A stretch of DNA of 64,000 nt, from the IMG/VR virus record IMGVR_UViG_3300011429_000010; one strand, 5' to 3'. Both the position numbers and the translations under genes were made by a program. The DNA comes from an uncultured virus (IMG/VR IMGVR_UViG_3300011429_000010). Lineage: Duplodnaviria; Heunggongvirae; Uroviricota; Caudoviricetes. Below, one piece after another: positions 1 to 11,000 of the stretch; position 1 is the stretch's first letter, and every line of letters begins with the position of its first letter. The notes beneath the pieces are model-generated. The model was not told the DNA's origin and did no database searches. It saw only the letters and a program-made list of their open reading frames with translations.

Positions 1-3
1 ATC

Positions 4-645
4 ATGTTCAATAGCAGCATCGTTCGGTTGGCCTCGGGTTCCATCAACAAAGTCAATGACTCGGTCATTGGCGGCGGTGGAGCCGGGACGGGCGCGGGCG
101 GATCCTCCAAGTTGTCCGGGCAGCTCGGACAGGGCTGGTGGATGGACGAGGCTCAGGTCATCTACGACAGCGCCATTGGCGTCGTCAACGGAGGCCATTT
201 CCGCTACGTGCGGCTGGCCGCCGCCGCGTCCGTCGTGGTTCGGGGCCAGATCGTCTTCAACGACATTTCCGTCGCGGACAACCTGTTTCAGGTGACCACC
301 GCGGAAACCGGCTCGGTCCCTGGTGCGCAGCTGCGTGCAGGCATCGTCCTCAACCCCGGCTGGACGCCCGGCAATTACGGCGTCATTCAGGACGTGGGCG
401 ACGTGTTCGTGAAATTCCGTGCGGCCCTGTCCAACGCGCCGGCTGGCGTCGGCGTCTCGGTCTTCGCGGCCGGCGTGGGCGCGGGCGTGGACAACGGCTT
501 TGCCGATACCCTCGACTCGGGCGCCCCCCTGCTGTTCAGCGATTTCAGCATCCTGATGAACCGGTATCTGGGAGCGGCCGTGCAGCTGCCGGTCAACGGC
601 GGGTTGACCCTGGTCCGCGTCAACATGATGAACAGCGGCTGGTAG
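4..645 (+). CDS. Virion structural protein, probably capsid decoration/cement
   Basis: 213 aa, Gly/Ala/Val-rich, beta-type; sits where genes following the major capsid protein would lie if the genome is circularly permuted. Confidence 0.55.
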   Translation: MFNSSIVRLASGSINKVNDSVIGGGGAGTGAGGSSKLSGQLGQGWWMDEAQVIYDSAIGVVNGGHFRYVRLAAAASVVVRGQIVFNDISVADNLFQVTTAETGSVPGAQLRAGIVLNPGWTPGNYGVIQDVGDVFVKFRAALSNAPAGVGVSVFAAGVGAGVDNGFADTLDSGAPLLFSDFSILMNRYLGAAVQLPVNGGLTLVRVNMMNSGW

Positions 646-684
646 TGCTCGCGCACAGCCCTGAGTGAATTGGAGAAGATGACC

Positions 685-1503
685 ATGCGCCGTACACGAA
701 TTCGATCGATGGCGATTGCTGGAATCCTGCTGGTGTGTTTCTGGGCCTCGGCCATCCTTGCCCCGATCGCGCGCGATCCGCAAGAGGCGCGCTCGTGGGG
801 CGCGATTGCGCAACAGCTTCCGCGCGTCCTCCACTTCGCGGGCGTGCCCGTGTCTGCGCAGGGCCTGAGCACCACCAATCTCAACGCGTACTGGATCCCG
901 GCGGCCAATTGTTATTACTCCGTCGCCACCGGCACCCTGACCGCTCCGACCTACGGCGCGGCGACGGGTGTGACGACCTTGGGCTATACGGCGCTCCTCG
1001 CGGGCGTCCCGATGCTCCAGGTGTCCACCACCAACGCCGCGGTCATTTCCGTCAATTCGATTCGCTGTTTGATCAATCCTCCCTCGATCGTCGGCGGGAC
1101 CAATCGTGGTGTGAGTCTCGTGGACGCGGATTTCTTCTATGGGATCCAACAGGCGGGGGGCGTCAACGCGACCCAGGTGTACGTGCTGGCCTCTGGGACC
1201 ATGAATGGCACCGAAGTATTCGGCAAGGTGGCGATGCCGGCAGCCGGCGCCGCAGAAACGCCCTCGGCGGCGGCGGTGGTGCGTGCGGACGCCGGTACCT
1301 TGGTAGTCAACCCATCTGGGGCAGCCTTCAACGCAGGCGTGACGACGGTCGGATCCTTTTTCACCCAGAAGTACACGCCCGCGACACCGTTCCGCTTGGA
1401 CACGGATCGCACCCTGTACTACATCACCATGACGTTTCTCTGTAACACGACGCAAGCCACCACAATCAACACGCCCGGTGTGATGGTTCACTACCGGTTC
1501 TAG
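685..1503 (+). CDS. Putative virion protein with N-terminal export signal or membrane anchor
   Basis: GGAG at 672-675 favours ATG 685; basic MRRTRIRS, hydrophobic AIAGILLVCFWASAILAPIA, later VSA-Q; Thr/Gly-rich body. Confidence 0.6.
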   Translation: MRRTRIRSMAIAGILLVCFWASAILAPIARDPQEARSWGAIAQQLPRVLHFAGVPVSAQGLSTTNLNAYWIPAANCYYSVATGTLTAPTYGAATGVTTLGYTALLAGVPMLQVSTTNAAVISVNSIRCLINPPSIVGGTNRGVSLVDADFFYGIQQAGGVNATQVYVLASGTMNGTEVFGKVAMPAAGAAETPSAAAVVRADAGTLVVNPSGAAFNAGVTTVGSFFTQKYTPATPFRLDTDRTLYYITMTFLCNTTQATTINTPGVMVHYRF

Positions 1504-1515
1504 GGGGATTGCGGC

Positions 1516-1896
1516 ATGAGACCATTGGCAGGGTATCCGACCGCGTGGGGCTCCAACAAGGCCAGCGTGTTTCCGCACGCCGGCCCTGTGGTCTACGCGG
1601 CGATGACCGTCACCCCGATTGCAGGCGGTGACGTCGTCAATGTTCGTCCTGAAGCGGGGATGAAATTCGCGGACTTCGTGACCGCGCAACAGGGCGGGTA
1701 CAGCGACTCGGGCACATTCTTCGTCAAAGTGGCGATCACGGCTGGCCATGCGAGTGGTGGTCCGGGCTCCCCCGGTGGTGCCCCGACCCCGACCGTTCGC
1801 CTGCAGTGGTTTGTCACCGGCACCGGAGTGGAAGTCGCGCCGGGCGTGGATCTCCATTTGGAGATTGTTCGCCTGCTCGCGGTTGGACCGAAGTAA
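1516..1896 (+). CDS. Small virion structural protein
   Basis: 126 aa, RBS GGGGGA, in the head-completion cluster. Confidence 0.55.
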   Translation: MRPLAGYPTAWGSNKASVFPHAGPVVYAAMTVTPIAGGDVVNVRPEAGMKFADFVTAQQGGYSDSGTFFVKVAITAGHASGGPGSPGGAPTPTVRLQWFVTGTGVEVAPGVDLHLEIVRLLAVGPK

Positions 1897-1905
1897 TTTT
1901 CTCGC

Positions 1906-1948
1906 TGGAGTGTCGATCCCTCCGGTGAGTGGGAGGCTTGGCACTCCA
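1906..1948 (+). promoter_or_regulatory. Intergenic RNA hairpin occluding the GGAGG upstream of the adaptor gene
   Basis: TGGAGTGTCGA (1906-1916) pairs with TTGGCACTCCA (1938-1948) using G-U pairs; inner CCTCC/GGAGG stem. Confidence 0.6.
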
Positions 1949-1950
1949 TC

Positions 1951-2988
1951 ATGCCCACCTTCGCAGATTGCGCAGCGGAATTGGCCGGCCGGTTACCGGG
2001 ACTCTCCCCGGTGCTGGCCGCCAGTTTCATCCGGCGGATCTTCACCGAAAAGATCAACCGCGAAAAGAATTGGTCGTATTTAATTCAGGACGCGACCATG
2101 ATCTGCCCGGTGGGAATCACCGCAGGCAGCGCGAGTATCGTACGTGGGGCGCTGACCATCACGTGCGATGCGGTCGCTTCAGCGGCCTTGCTGGCGGTGA
2201 CGACCCCCCCTGGACTCACGTCCCTGCAGATTCGATTCATGGGCACGGCCACGACCAGCCAGATATACAATATTTTGGCGGTCGATGCGACCGTGCCGGC
2301 GGCGATTATCCTCACGCTCGATCGGGCTGTGCAAGAGGCCACCAATCCGCTCTCATCGATCCTGGTCTACCGCGTGTACATCACGCCACCAAGTTCAGAC
2401 TTCCGGTCATGGATTTCGCTGGTGGACATGGTGACCGGGTACACGATCAGCCGAGACAAACTCTCGTACAGCTCGGCGTACTTTGATGGGCGCGATCCGC
2501 AACGTCAGTCCCTGGGGCTCGCCTATTTGTTGGGGCTGTACAAAACGGTGGGCCGAACCCCCACGGTTCAAGGAGCCGCCAACGCCGCGATTTACGAGCT
2601 GTGGCCGGGGTCCACTCAGGGCCAGACGTTTTACGTGCGGTACCGGCGCAAGGGTGAATTAGTCGTCATCGGCAACATGAATGACGAGATTCCTGATGTC
2701 GTAGGCAGTGACGCCCTGACTACCGGGGCGCTGGCGTTCTACGGCTACGCGCACGCACAGGCCAACATCAACAATTTCCCCAGCTTCAAACATGCGAATT
2801 GGCCGACGCTGATTCTGCATGGCACCAAGGCGTACCAGGACGCGCTTCGGCTGGCGAAAAAGGCCGATGATGAAATGGCGCTGTCGAGTGTGTACGCGCG
2901 CGGGCGGGTGGGGTTTGGCCGCCGGCTGGATGGGTACGCGGGACCAATCGACGCGAAGTACATGCAGAGTCATCCCATAACATGGTGA
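1951..2988 (+). CDS. Head-tail adaptor/connector-like protein
   Basis: Helical N-terminus (TFADCAAELAGRLP...INREKNWSYL), beta insert, ELWP...YVRYRRKG and helical C-terminus, as in podoviral adaptors; position fits. Confidence 0.6.
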   Translation: MPTFADCAAELAGRLPGLSPVLAASFIRRIFTEKINREKNWSYLIQDATMICPVGITAGSASIVRGALTITCDAVASAALLAVTTPPGLTSLQIRFMGTATTSQIYNILAVDATVPAAIILTLDRAVQEATNPLSSILVYRVYITPPSSDFRSWISLVDMVTGYTISRDKLSYSSAYFDGRDPQRQSLGLAYLLGLYKTVGRTPTVQGAANAAIYELWPGSTQGQTFYVRYRRKGELVVIGNMNDEIPDVVGSDALTTGALAFYGYAHAQANINNFPSFKHANWPTLILHGTKAYQDALRLAKKADDEMALSSVYARGRVGFGRRLDGYAGPIDAKYMQSHPITW

Positions 2989-2991
2989 TCC

Positions 2992-3195
2992 ATGAAATTC
3001 ACCATCATCGTCAAACGTACGCTCGTCCAGCACGCGGAATTGATCCGCGAAGCCGACACCATGGAAAACGCGACCGAGGACGTCAGTCACGAAATCGACA
3101 CACCGATGCACAACGCGCGACTACAGAAAAAACTCGACTGGTACAACGCCGACGTCAGCGCCACGACGATACTGGGCGCCATTACAAAGGATTGA
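2992..3195 (+). CDS. Hypothetical protein
   Basis: 67 aa ORF tightly packed in the operon. Confidence 0.45.
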   Translation: MKFTIIVKRTLVQHAELIREADTMENATEDVSHEIDTPMHNARLQKKLDWYNADVSATTILGAITKD

Positions 3196-3199
3196 CATC

Positions 3200-3457
3200 A
3201 TGGCCAAGCGCACCGTGAATTCCCAGATGCCTCAGCAGAAACTGTCTACCCATGGCGTGGGTGGGGGCATCTACGATCGCAACAAGGCTCCCTTCGACAA
3301 GCCGCACGACACCGGCGGGGGCGGCATCCCGCTGAAATTCTTCGACGGTACGCGCGAGCCCTCGGTGAAGGGTACGCCGTCGAAGGGCCAATCGGGTACG
3401 CCCGTCGTGGGCACCCGCGGACAGTCGGCGATGAAGCGCGATTCGACCAGGAAATAA
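3200..3457 (+). CDS. Small basic hypothetical protein
   Basis: 85 aa, RBS AAGGA, Lys/Gly-rich. Confidence 0.55.
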   Translation: MAKRTVNSQMPQQKLSTHGVGGGIYDRNKAPFDKPHDTGGGGIPLKFFDGTREPSVKGTPSKGQSGTPVVGTRGQSAMKRDSTRK

Positions 3458-3491
3458 CACTCGCGCGTAACCCCAGCGAGTAGACGACACT

Positions 3492-6400
3492 ATGGCTGAT
3501 GTCCGGTACCTGAAGTACACAATTACCCTCTCCGACAAGGATCTGGTGGATCTCCTCCAGTCACAGGTCCATGCCGGAGGCATGGTCGGACAGATCATTC
3601 TGTCGCCTACCACGGCCGGATTTATATACGGCGTCCCGCTTGAGGTACCTACAGCTCCCACGGGGCTGTCCACGGATGTCATCGTCTCCGATTGGTTTAC
3701 CGGAGACGGATCCAATTTCCCCCGCAACCAGGACACCTTCGATCGCTGCTCGGGTGGCTGGTTTGGCGTCTGTTTCCTGTTCGGGCACCGCGTCCGCTAC
3801 TGGTGGCGGGGCGAATTTGCGTACGTCCCCAAACTCGATATCGACCCGGTCACCGGGGTTGGCCCCCCGGTCACCCCCATCGGCACGCGGCGCTGGGCAG
3901 ACGGCTTTGAACTGCCCTTTGAGGGGGAAGGTGGCTCCGGTACGGCTGGGGCGCATCATGGCCGCACGGCGTCACGTCACGTCGCGGGCTACGGCCTTGC
4001 GCTGCGCAACACCAGCAATACCAAAGCCCACGCCCCGACTGAGAACGGCGCAGCGGCCACACGAAAACTCTGGGAACGGTTGTATTTCCGGATCCGCCGC
4101 TACCCGAAGACCGGCACCGGGCGGATCTGGCGCTGCCATGGAGCAACCTCCAACGCGGCAGGCATCGCGCTCGACATGAACCCGGCCGGGCAGATCGCCA
4201 TTAACAACATCGACAATATCGGGACGATCTTCCCGCACGCGTCCACGCCCGCGATCCCTCTCGATATCTGGCAGAAGCTGGATCTCGTGTACCAGTATGC
4301 CCCGGTCGGGGCCGCTGGGATGATTCCTCCGCCCCCGGCGTTCTGGATGTACATCAATGGTGTCCTGGTCTTTTCCAGCACCTACGCGGATTACGGGGCC
4401 GAAGGCGGCATCATTCAGGCCCAGAACATTTCGACGGGAGAAGTCGGCGGGGCCAACGCCGGTACGTCCTTCTCTATCGATTATGACGACTGGATTGGCA
4501 TTGAGATCGCGGGGTTTGACACGGCCGGGGCTATTCCTGCCACGGGCGGCATCGACTGGAATAACGGATCCCATGTCGCACTCATCACGCCCTCGGGCCT
4601 TGGCACCACCCCTGGCACCTGGGTGGGTGACTGGCGACTGGCGGCCCAGCGTCCGATGGGCAATTCCAGCCCGGTCCTGCTCACGTCCTCGACATCCGGG
4701 GACCGCCTCGTCTTGGCCACCGACGCCGACCGCGCCGTCGATCAGGCGCCTGGAGCCATGGGCTACGTCGCCATCAACGTCGGCATCTACGGACGCCGCG
4801 CGGCGCTCCCCGATGGGCAACTGGGCTACAAGCTCCCAGCCGGGGCCGAAGTCATGGCCACCGTTCTTCAGAATGCGGTCTTGGCCACATGGTCGCACGT
4901 CTTTTATGCTCCAGTGGGGCTTCTCAGTCCCGTCACGCCCCTGGCCGGATTAGAGATCCTGTTCACCAAAGGGCTGTCGGCCTCCGCCGCCGCCACGCAA
5001 GGGTTGTACGCCACCGCCGAACTCGTGGGGACGTTTGGTCGCGAGGATGTGGTCGCCCAGCCGGGCGATCCCCTTCCCGAACCGGCCGACCCGACCCCTG
5101 GCATCGATCTCGTCGCCCAGATCAAAGCCAATTGCATCGCCGCCGGGCTTTCTCTGGTGGGCGACTGTGGAGCCTTCGAAATTACCCGGCGTGTCGCGTG
5201 GGCGCTGCGGGATCGCGGGGCCGGGCTGCTGTTCAAAAACACCGGCGCACAGTGTCAGGAACGTAAAGTCGATTTCATTATGTACGAGGACGGTCAGGGC
5301 AATGACATCCTGATCAGCGCCGGAGTGCTCAACACCCCCGCGTGGCAGTCCTCGGTCGCCGTGGACCCGGCTTTATTCCGTGCGCCGACCGATCCTAATG
5401 ACCCGGTCACGGGCACCCTGCCGGTCATGGCGGAGACGATTGGGATCCACAACGCGCCGTACCCACGTACGCCATGGGCGCGCAAAGGCCCACCCCCGGT
5501 CTCCCCGGTCGTGGACCATGCCGGCATCTATGTCGGCACGGGCACTTTTATCGATTTATTTTTTCGGTGCCCGGTCCATTTCCTCTATATCCGGCCCCTG
5601 ACCGGCGGTTCTGGCCCCATCACGTGGTGGCCCTCCATGAACGCGCCCCATATGGTTGGGCAGGAACAGTACGCCCCGGATACCCTTCCTATTGTCGAGA
5701 TCGATCCCACGTTCGTCGGGGCCGTGGCCGAAGACCAGCAGGAACAGCGCACCGTGGTCCGCATCGCCGGGACCAACATCAACGTCAACGCCGTGGGCGT
5801 CACCTACCAGTACATGGCCTTCTCCGATCCGGGGATGCGATTCTGTGACGCCTCCGCGCTCTGGGAAGCGGCTGGGATCCTCGATGCCCAAAGCACCTTG
5901 GATGATGATCGGTTCCTGCCCATCGGGGTCTTTCTCTGTCAGGAGCAAAATTCCGCCACCACCACGACCCGGCTCTTTTACAAGGGGCCGGGATCCGCCG
6001 CGACGGCCGTGACCCGTCTTGATGGCTCCGAAGTCGTCACCGCCTTGTCGATCGACACCGGGACGTTGACCGCCAAGACGAATTTGTTGTCCGCGTTGGC
6101 GACGGGCCAGATCCCCTATATCGCCTTCCGCCGGGACGACGGCTCCGGAGACGTGGGCGTCTCCCGCGCCGTCCAGATGATAACCTACACCGGGGACGGG
6201 AACGCGTCCCGTACGCTGGCCCTGACCCCGGCCTCGGGCCGCCGTCCCATGTGGGCCGTGGTCGTCCCGCACAACAACGTCGCGGCTATCCAGCGCGACC
6301 CGTCTCACACCGGTACCACGTCCACCCAATGGCCCAATACGCCCAATGCCGCGACGGGCATTACCGGGGGTGGCATCGACTCTATTTTCGTGGGCTCAGC

Positions 6401-8039
6401 CCTGAACGCCAACGGCGTGGTCTACGATGTCTTTGTCTTCCCCGGCGACACCGTGGCCTGCAACAATGGCTGGTCCTGCAACGGGGAATTTGTTCCGGTC
6501 GATCCGGATACTCCGATTACGCCGCTGTGGGACGCAGACCCGGAGGACACGCCCGACCCGAATGACCCACCGATTGAACCGCCCGAGGATCCGGATGATG
6601 ACGAGCCACCGGTGGACGACCCCATCGATACGGTCTGTCCTCCCTGTCCCCCGAACACGAATTGCTCGGCGGCGTTGTCCGATGGCCTCATCATGTTGTC
6701 GTCGCGGCTGGAGGATCCGACCAATGTCCATTGGACGGCCGCGGAACTCACCCGATATATCCGCGAAGCCCTGCGGACATGGAACGCGCTCACGGCCATG
6801 TACAAGGCTCAAGGGACGTTTAACTGCCGCATTGGTCAGCCGTTTTACGATCTGCCCCGCGAAATCCCCACCCTGCGCGCGTACACAGTCACCGACGCGT
6901 ATCTCATCGCCGATTTGCAATACGCCTTGATGGAACCGCCAACGCCCACCGCGTGGAGTGGGACCATTCAATTTACCCTCTCGGATGTGATCCGGGCGCT
7001 GCAGCAAGCGCGAGACCGCTTCCTGTTCGAATCAGGGATGGTCGTGACGCGCATGTCGGTGCCGGTCACCCCACCCGTCAATGGCCGCGTGATCTTGGAT
7101 CGCCAGATTCTGACGCTGCGGCGTGTGGCCTTTCGCGGCATCAACAACCGCACATATCCGCTCGGACGCGATGACGAGTGGGCGCTGCAGTCGTACGAGC
7201 GCACATGGCCGGCGACCACCGCCGTCCCACAAACCGCCTCCCCCGATCCCGTGATCTATTCCACGGGGGTGACGCCGCCGCTCACCGTACAAATCGCGCC
7301 TCGGCCAACCGATGCTGGCGCGCTGGACATTCTCGCCATTTCGAAATCGGCGGTCATGGGCGGCCCTGGTCCGTGCCTCGATCCCACCATTGGGATTCTC
7401 GTGGGCATTCCGGATGACTGGACATGGGTGATTCGCTTTGGCGCATTAGCGGTCCTGTTTCATCATGATGGGCTCGCCCATGACCCCTTCCGTGCCGCGT
7501 ACTGTGCGGCGCGCTTCCGTCAAGGGATCCAGCTGGCGACCCAAGCCGCCACCGTGCTCGCGGCGCGCATCAACGGCATCCCGGTTCAACCCGTCAGCGT
7601 GAATGACCTGGATGCCTATGATCGGTCGTGGCAAGCCCGTGTGGGGCCGCCCGACACCCTCATGCTGGCTGGCCAGAACCTCGTGGGGCTCGCGCCGGTC
7701 CCGGTCGCCGGGGGTGTCCCCGTGCTCCTCGACGTCGTGGCGAATTTTCCTGTACCCGTCCTCACCACGGATTGTCTGGGGGTGGAAGCGGAAGCCCTTG
7801 ACGCGGTCCTGGACTACGCACATCATTTGGCACAATTCAAGGAAGGCCCTCAACAGCTCCAGGAATCACTGGGGCTACTCAAGCGGTTCTACTCGGCAGC
7901 CGGTGTGTATATTTCCATTGACAGCGCGTCGTCTCCCAACACCAAAAGCATTCAAGATCAAACCGCACAGGACGAACACGCTAAATCGCGCGCGTTGACG
8001 CCTATTCCCGGTGAGAGTGGCAACGAGGCTTCGCCGTAA
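3492..8039 (+). CDS. Large multidomain tail protein: LamG-like region, inserted unknown domain, YxGxG repeats, C-terminal adaptor-like domains
   Basis: 1515 aa; WQKLDLVY...WMYINGV...YDDWI (LamG-like); YVGTGT and YTGDGN repeats; Pro/Asp linker; SRLEDPTNVHWTAAELTRYIREA resembles adaptor N-termini. Confidence 0.7.
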   Translation: MADVRYLKYTITLSDKDLVDLLQSQVHAGGMVGQIILSPTTAGFIYGVPLEVPTAPTGLSTDVIVSDWFTGDGSNFPRNQDTFDRCSGGWFGVCFLFGHRVRYWWRGEFAYVPKLDIDPVTGVGPPVTPIGTRRWADGFELPFEGEGGSGTAGAHHGRTASRHVAGYGLALRNTSNTKAHAPTENGAAATRKLWERLYFRIRRYPKTGTGRIWRCHGATSNAAGIALDMNPAGQIAINNIDNIGTIFPHASTPAIPLDIWQKLDLVYQYAPVGAAGMIPPPPAFWMYINGVLVFSSTYADYGAEGGIIQAQNISTGEVGGANAGTSFSIDYDDWIGIEIAGFDTAGAIPATGGIDWNNGSHVALITPSGLGTTPGTWVGDWRLAAQRPMGNSSPVLLTSSTSGDRLVLATDADRAVDQAPGAMGYVAINVGIYGRRAALPDGQLGYKLPAGAEVMATVLQNAVLATWSHVFYAPVGLLSPVTPLAGLEILFTKGLSASAAATQGLYATAELVGTFGREDVVAQPGDPLPEPADPTPGIDLVAQIKANCIAAGLSLVGDCGAFEITRRVAWALRDRGAGLLFKNTGAQCQERKVDFIMYEDGQGNDILISAGVLNTPAWQSSVAVDPALFRAPTDPNDPVTGTLPVMAETIGIHNAPYPRTPWARKGPPPVSPVVDHAGIYVGTGTFIDLFFRCPVHFLYIRPLTGGSGPITWWPSMNAPHMVGQEQYAPDTLPIVEIDPTFVGAVAEDQQEQRTVVRIAGTNINVNAVGVTYQYMAFSDPGMRFCDASALWEAAGILDAQSTLDDDRFLPIGVFLCQEQNSATTTTRLFYKGPGSAATAVTRLDGSEVVTALSIDTGTLTAKTNLLSALATGQIPYIAFRRDDGSGDVGVSRAVQMITYTGDGNASRTLALTPASGRRPMWAVVVPHNNVAAIQRDPSHTGTTSTQWPNTPNAATGITGGGIDSIFVGSALNANGVVYDVFVFPGDTVACNNGWSCNGEFVPVDPDTPITPLWDADPEDTPDPNDPPIEPPEDPDDDEPPVDDPIDTVCPPCPPNTNCSAALSDGLIMLSSRLEDPTNVHWTAAELTRYIREALRTWNALTAMYKAQGTFNCRIGQPFYDLPREIPTLRAYTVTDAYLIADLQYALMEPPTPTAWSGTIQFTLSDVIRALQQARDRFLFESGMVVTRMSVPVTPPVNGRVILDRQILTLRRVAFRGINNRTYPLGRDDEWALQSYERTWPATTAVPQTASPDPVIYSTGVTPPLTVQIAPRPTDAGALDILAISKSAVMGGPGPCLDPTIGILVGIPDDWTWVIRFGALAVLFHHDGLAHDPFRAAYCAARFRQGIQLATQAATVLAARINGIPVQPVSVNDLDAYDRSWQARVGPPDTLMLAGQNLVGLAPVPVAGGVPVLLDVVANFPVPVLTTDCLGVEAEALDAVLDYAHHLAQFKEGPQQLQESLGLLKRFYSAAGVYISIDSASSPNTKSIQDQTAQDEHAKSRALTPIPGESGNEASP

Positions 8040-11000
8040 TGCCGTCCTTCTCCCGGCAGCAATATCGATTTTTCTGCCAAGGCTTGCATCTGGCCAGCCC
8101 GATGGACCTGTGTCCGCCGGGCAAATGGCCGGTGCTCCAGAACGTGCGATCGTACCAGAACGGCACGATCCAATCCCGTGATGGCCTGACGTTGCTGGCC
8201 GGCACCGGATTCGCGGGCGTGCCCATCCACACGATTTACCGCCTGCGCGATCCGACGCCGTTTGCCACCGTGCCGGCGTTGTACTTTTTTGGTGCCGCGG
8301 GCTCATTGTTCGCTGGGCCGATTGGCGGCCCATACGCCTCCGTAGACACGGGATATTCCGGCAACCCCGTCTGCACCGTGGCGCTGCAGCCCTACGGCTC
8401 GCCGCAGCCGTGGTTGTATGTCGCCGACACCGCACGCATGCGGAAGTTCAACAGCGGCAGTCTCAGTTATCCGATTGGCATTGCCTCACCCCCTGCCGCT
8501 CCGCTGATCGACATGTACACGATCGGTGTCAATCTGGTGGCGAGTTTCAACGCGGGACTGGGGGGCTGGACGTCCGTGGGCACGACCGCAGGCGCGCTCG
8601 CGGCCAGCCCCGCGGCACGCGTCAATACGACGATCAGCGAAGTATTGCCCGATCCCGCTTCGACCATCCCTGGGAATATTTCGATCGTCCCGGCGTCGAT
8701 GGCGAATATTTCCGAGGGCATGATGCTGCTCAAGGGCGGCGTGGATTTGATCCAGGTCGCCCAGGTCACGATTGCGGTCGCGGCCACCACCATCGCGGCG
8801 ATTATCTACGACGTCGGTGCCACAGGGCTCTGTACCATTCAACCGGCGGCCTCGCTCGGCACCGGCCAGATTGAAATGCCGGCGCTGTTTGATGAACGCG
8901 CGAACCTCGCCAATCAGGTCGTCGGGTCTGGCGCGGTCGGCCTTGCGGTGCGTCGCGGCTCCGCGGGCCTGCCTAACCCCGAGGCTGGCGACGCGACCAT
9001 TCCACGCTCCACGCGACGGATTCGCCAACTGGATTTCCCGGTCCATTGTCTGGTGCGCCTCAACGCGACCGAAACCGTTCGGATTATCTCGGTCACGACC
9101 GGGCCCGATGAAATCCAGTCCTTCCGGTGTTTCACGGTGGGCGCGTTCATCGCCGGCCAGACCATCACGGGTGTCGCCGGCTTCCGCGCATGGACCGCCG
9201 CTGCCGCCGCCGAAACCCTGACCGACGCCACGGTACGTAATGTCATCACGCCGACCTTTGTGGCACCGGCCACGACCGGCGAAGCGACCGCCGGGATCAT
9301 GAGCGGGGCGGTCCCTCAGAACCTCGCCCAGGTGACCGTAGGCGCCACGCTGCGCCCGCTCATCCCCGAGGATGATGTTCACCTTGCCATCAAAGTAGAC
9401 GATCTCACCAAGGTCAAAACGGTCAGAATCTACTTCGATACCGACCGCGCCACTAACGATTTCACCCAGAATTATTTTTTCTTCGAATGGCGGGCGAATG
9501 ATCTGATCGAGGCGATTCAGGCGACCAACACCGCGGTGGTCAACCCCTTGATCTCCGCCGCCCAGACCCTGGCGACCAACGTGGCGATCGAATCCACCGC
9601 TAACGCGGCCACCCAGCAGGAAGGCGCCCGGCGCGCGCGGGGGGCTCGCCTCGCGGCGCAAGCCAACCCGCCAGCCCCCGAGAGTCAGGCGCTGGGCATG
9701 GGCAATAACCAGTGGCTGGATCTGCACTGCAAGCTGCGGCAGCTGGTACATGTGGGCACAGACCCCTCGCGCACGCTCGCCGACGTCCAGAAGGTGGAGA
9801 TTTTAGTCTCGGTGGACAGTGCCACGGCCGTCACCGTCGATTACGATACGTTGTATGTGTCCGGTGGGTATTCCCCAGACGTGGGCCAAGTCGGACGCGG
9901 GTACCAGTATCGTTATTCCTATCGGTCCTCCATCACGGGGGCGGTCAGTAATCCGTCGCCTCTCGCGCAGACTGGGGTCTATCCGCGCCGCCAGCGTGTC
10001 ATGGTCACCGCCGCCCAGTCCGCCGATCCTCAGGTGGATCTCATCGACTGGTGGCGGTTCGGCGGGTCGCTCACCACGTGGACGTACGTCGGCACCACCC
10101 GTAACGTGGCGTCTCCGTTGTTCAACGATGACTACGGAGACCAAGCGATCGATGGCGGCAAGACGATCGAATATGACAATTTCCAGCCGTGGCCCTCGAC
10201 TGACCTTCCGCGTGTGGGCACGGTCAACGTGGCGGGTAATACCCTCCGCTGGGTGTCGGGTGACCTGTTCAACGTGAATTGGTCCGAGGGCTCGGCGATT
10301 GTCGTCAATAACCGTATCTTTACGTTGCTCATGCGGCCGGTGTCCACCACGTTGCTATTTCTGACCCAGTCGGCAGGCGTGGGCACCGGGGTGGCGTTCA
10401 CGGTCCCCTCCGCTACCCTCGTGTCCCAATTCTTCCCGGTGCTGTTTGGCGGCCCCATCGGCGGGGTCATTTTCACCTTCGGCGTGGGCGATGCGCGCAA
10501 CCCTGGTAATGTGACGTGGAGTAAACCGAACAATCCCGATGTGACGTCCGATCGCAACACCATGCCGGTGACCGCGCCGTCCGAACCATTGATCAGTGGA
10601 TGTTTGTACGATGGGTTGCCGTACGTGTTCTCGCCGGACAATTGTTACGTCCTGGAGCCCACCTTTTCCGACGTGAACGCCTTCCGCGCGCTCGTGACGC
10701 CGTGTGGTCGTGGGTTGTGGGCGCGCACCGCGATCTGCCCGACGCCGTACGGGATCGCGTTTCTGGCGAAGGACGGCATTGGGCTGACGCGCGGCGGTGG
10801 CATCGCGGAAATGATCACCAACAAGGATTTATATCCCTTATTTCCGCATGACGGGCGCGCGGGCGTGGCCGTTAATGGGTTCAGCCCACCCGACATGACG
10901 GTGACCAACCGGCTGCGTTTATCATTCTGCGACGGTTATTTGTACTTCGACTACCAGGATACGGCCGGTGCGCTGCGGACCCTCACCTACCGGTTCATTG

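Noticed and set aside
8486..9751. Long antisense ORFs (also 3972-4898, 17329-18237, 20739-21788, 39977-41074, 41078-41932)
   Set aside because: Shadows of real genes on the opposite strand, expected in high-GC DNA; Arg/Gly-rich with no motifs
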